This document shows, one piece after another, positions 50,059 to 52,308 of a stretch of 52,308 nt of DNA. The DNA is taken from contig NW_005434562.1 in NCBI RefSeq assembly GCF_000315625.1, positions 168,515 through 220,822 on the forward strand, in the 5' to 3' direction. Every line of letters starts with the position of its first letter. The first letter of the stretch is position 1. Under the pieces are notes generated by a model, which was not told the origin of the DNA, searched no databases, and worked only from the letters and a program-made list of their open reading frames with translations. Source of the DNA: Guillardia theta CCMP2712. Its lineage: Eukaryota; Protista; Cryptophyta. The position numbers were made by a program, and so were the translations under genes.

Positions 50059-50191
50059 AGGCGCCGTTATTTTCGGCAGGCGCCGTTATTTTCGGCAGGC
50101 GCCGTTATTTTCGGCAGGCGCCGTTATTTTCGGCAGGCGCCGTTATTTTCGGCAGGCGCCGTTATTTTCGGCAGGCGCCGTTATTTTCGGC
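50059..50191 (+). repeat. Seven perfect copies of the 19-mer AGGCGCCGTTATTTTCGGC
   Basis: Exact tandem array with no spacers, abutting the telomeric tract. Confidence 0.97.
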
Positions 50192-50256
50192 AGCATGGCT
50201 CCTCGTCAGGTGTAGGGGAAGCCGCCAGGGCGCCAAGGAAGCTGCAAGCAAGAGGT

Positions 50257-52308
50257 TTGTATACTTCAAATAGCTTTCTAAGTATGGTTCTTCAGTATGA
50301 TGAAAATGTTCGCAACCTGCTGTATCGGAGATCATGCCAATACACGCAGAGCGGACTTGTGGATGCCTCTGTCCTCGAAGCTGATCTCGTCGAGAGGGTG
50401 AAGAGCTTCGCGAAGCGTTATCCGAACAGCAGGACAGCCCAGGCTTGCAAGGCTGTGGAGGGATGCACCCCCGACGCTATCGCAGAAGCCATCCGCTCGA
50501 CATGTCAGCAGGCACGACGTGAGTTTCTGCAAGAAGCGATGACTGGATGGAGTGACGCATCCAGAGAGTGGTTTATGCAGCAGATTGAAGAAGCCAAGAA
50601 GGAGAAGGTCGAGACATACACCGCCTCAGCAGGCAACGAGGTGACTTCCTTCATCTCCATGACTCTCCTGGGCATCTCCTCGGTGTATGTCAACCATGAA
50701 GAAAAGCTGAAGAAGAAATTTGAAGAGATCGGACTGATCGTAGACTCAGTGCAAGAGAGTAAAGCAATCATGTGGAAGGCTCCGTATAGACCCGAGATAG
50801 CGAGTGCTGAGGAGATCCCGGTGACTGTTTCCTTCCTCCGCAATGCACAAGCGGAGAAGCTCTGGCAGGGAAGAGAGGACTTCGCGATCGATGGTCGCAA
50901 GTTCACAGCTGTACATGTGAGCATCGTGCACGATCGATCTTTCAAGATTCGAGCCAAGAGAGGACCCTGGGGCAAAGGGGGCAGCTTGGCAGAGCTGACT
51001 CACCTGCTAACCTTGGGCGGCATGACAACGGCTGAGATAGCTGCCGTCTATCGCTACCAGCTGCTGCGCCAGTCCCTTGCAGCGGTCCAACTCCAGCCGC
51101 TGGCAGGCATGCTGGTCGCTGGGGCGCCAGGACAGCAAGTCCACAAAGGCTTAGGTCAGAAAGGCTTCATCGCTGTAGGGGCCAACGTCATCTGGAGACA
51201 GAGGGAGGTGGAGTGGATCGTCTCCTCGAGCTGCCCAGAGGCGAATGATACAGCATTTCGAGCTTTCCGAGAGAGCGAAGCGATGGAGGGAGTACACCTG
51301 ACTCTGTTCAGCGAGGACCCGAAGATCAGAGAGGCGCTCGCAGTCGAGTTGACAGCTGATCGCTTTGTGTCCAGAAATAAGTTGAAGAAGGCATCAAGGA
51401 TGCAGAAGAAGGCAGGCGGCAAGGACGGCAAGGAGATCAAGATCATCATCAAGTCGACGGCGGCATCTGGTCGCTTCACGAGGAAGGAGATGGAGGGGCT
51501 GTGCAACGGCGGCAACACGTCTATCGCAAGAGTCAAGAGAGTCTTGTTGGAGATCGCTAACAGGCTCGAGATCAACGTTGAAGGCATCGACATGGAGGAG
51601 GATTTGAACACCAAGTCCTGGAACGGGTCCAAGCTATGCATCCTCCTCGGCTCCACGGAGGATGCTCGACGCATGATGAAGGAGCTGCCCTTCTATCTCG
51701 AAGGCGCAGCAACCAAGCTCGAAGCAGTCGGCTTCGACAAGGAGCCTGACTCTGAGGCGGCTGGTCAGCGGGGCACCAGCGACGCAGCGCAGCGACAGGA
51801 GGAGAGCGAGGGAGAGTGGCTGGAGTTTACAGACCTGGAGAGGATCACAATGGAGGCAGCATCTCCGTCAAGCCAAGAGGACATGCAGCTCGTCAGCGAG
51901 CTGTCAGCAGTCATCGAAGATGCAGCTTCTTTGAACGAGGCAGGGACGAGCGAGCCGATCAAGCTGGTCCTGGACAAGGCCGTTGGCAACCTCCACGACA
52001 CGTTCTACTCTCCGGGGAGCCTGGAGTTCATGTCGCTGGGAGAGTGGGCGAAGATGCCAGAGGAGCAGGGAGTTGGGCGCAACGTTCTCAAGGAGAAGCT
52101 GGGGAAGTGGCTGCAGAGCAAGCGCTGGACTCGCGTGCAAGGAGAGAGCAAGAAGGCAAGGAGGGGCAGCGCGTTCTCGCCACGGGCAACGGCAGCTGCT
52201 GAGCTTGAGCAGGAGGCGGAGAGCGACGACATAGAGCGTCGATCTCTTAGCTTCCTGTTCATAGCACTGAGTAAATTCGTGAGGGCGTCGGATACAACTA
52301 TAAAATGA
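50257..52308 (+). CDS. 683-aa uninterrupted ORF, putative ORF1/gag-equivalent (RRM-like folds) of a telomere-associated retroelement
   Basis: Long ORF without evident internal introns, directly after telomeric and tandem repeats. Beta-alpha-beta-beta-alpha-beta-like segments (MTLLGIS..EEKLKKKFEEIG..VTVSFLRNAQAEKL; IKIIIKS..LCILLGSTEDARRMM). No RT or endonuclease motif inside the window. Confidence 0.5.
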   Translation: MYTSNSFLSMVLQYDENVRNLLYRRSCQYTQSGLVDASVLEADLVERVKSFAKRYPNSRTAQACKAVEGCTPDAIAEAIRSTCQQARREFLQEAMTGWSDASREWFMQQIEEAKKEKVETYTASAGNEVTSFISMTLLGISSVYVNHEEKLKKKFEEIGLIVDSVQESKAIMWKAPYRPEIASAEEIPVTVSFLRNAQAEKLWQGREDFAIDGRKFTAVHVSIVHDRSFKIRAKRGPWGKGGSLAELTHLLTLGGMTTAEIAAVYRYQLLRQSLAAVQLQPLAGMLVAGAPGQQVHKGLGQKGFIAVGANVIWRQREVEWIVSSSCPEANDTAFRAFRESEAMEGVHLTLFSEDPKIREALAVELTADRFVSRNKLKKASRMQKKAGGKDGKEIKIIIKSTAASGRFTRKEMEGLCNGGNTSIARVKRVLLEIANRLEINVEGIDMEEDLNTKSWNGSKLCILLGSTEDARRMMKELPFYLEGAATKLEAVGFDKEPDSEAAGQRGTSDAAQRQEESEGEWLEFTDLERITMEAASPSSQEDMQLVSELSAVIEDAASLNEAGTSEPIKLVLDKAVGNLHDTFYSPGSLEFMSLGEWAKMPEEQGVGRNVLKEKLGKWLQSKRWTRVQGESKKARRGSAFSPRATAAAELEQEAESDDIERRSLSFLFIALSKFVRASDTTIK

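Noticed and set aside
50059-50191. CRISPR-like array
   Set aside because: Repeats are head-to-tail with no unique spacers, there are no cas genes, and the context is eukaryotic
50257-52308. Fanzor/TnpB, transposase or reverse transcriptase
   Set aside because: No RuvC D-E-D motifs with zinc finger, no DDE triad and no YxDD RT motif recognisable in the ORF

Overview
Gene-dense eukaryotic nuclear DNA with many short (about 40-70 nt) GT-AG introns, microsatellite-filled introns, bipartite-looking N-terminal presequences and TTTAGGG repeats. It is most consistent with a cryptophyte alga such as Guillardia theta (inference, not tested). About 14 spliced genes can be read: SDR, GT61-like, RlmN-like, APC10, a giant myosin, LRRC56, TPR-DnaJ, MPPED-like metallophosphoesterase, centrin-like EF-hand, LMBR1-family, a 70-aa membrane microprotein, a Zn-ribbon/SAM protein, a RING-H2 E3 and a class III nucleotide cyclase. 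Two things stand out. (1) Manual splicing joins several apparently separate minus-strand ORFs (about 11.5-20.6 kb) into one myosin with the architecture LOTUS/OST-HTH - motor - 2xIQ - polyPro - PDZ - GB1/RHD3-like P-loop GTPase. (2) The right end is a telomere-like junction: an AT-rich, virus-like segment whose ORF is cut by TTTAGGG repeats, a 160-bp spacer, a second TTTAGGG/GTTAGGG tract, seven 19-bp hairpin repeats, then a 683-aa uninterrupted ORF resembling ORF1 of a telomere-inserting retroelement. All domain calls are by eye from motifs, and exon boundaries are approximate where stated.
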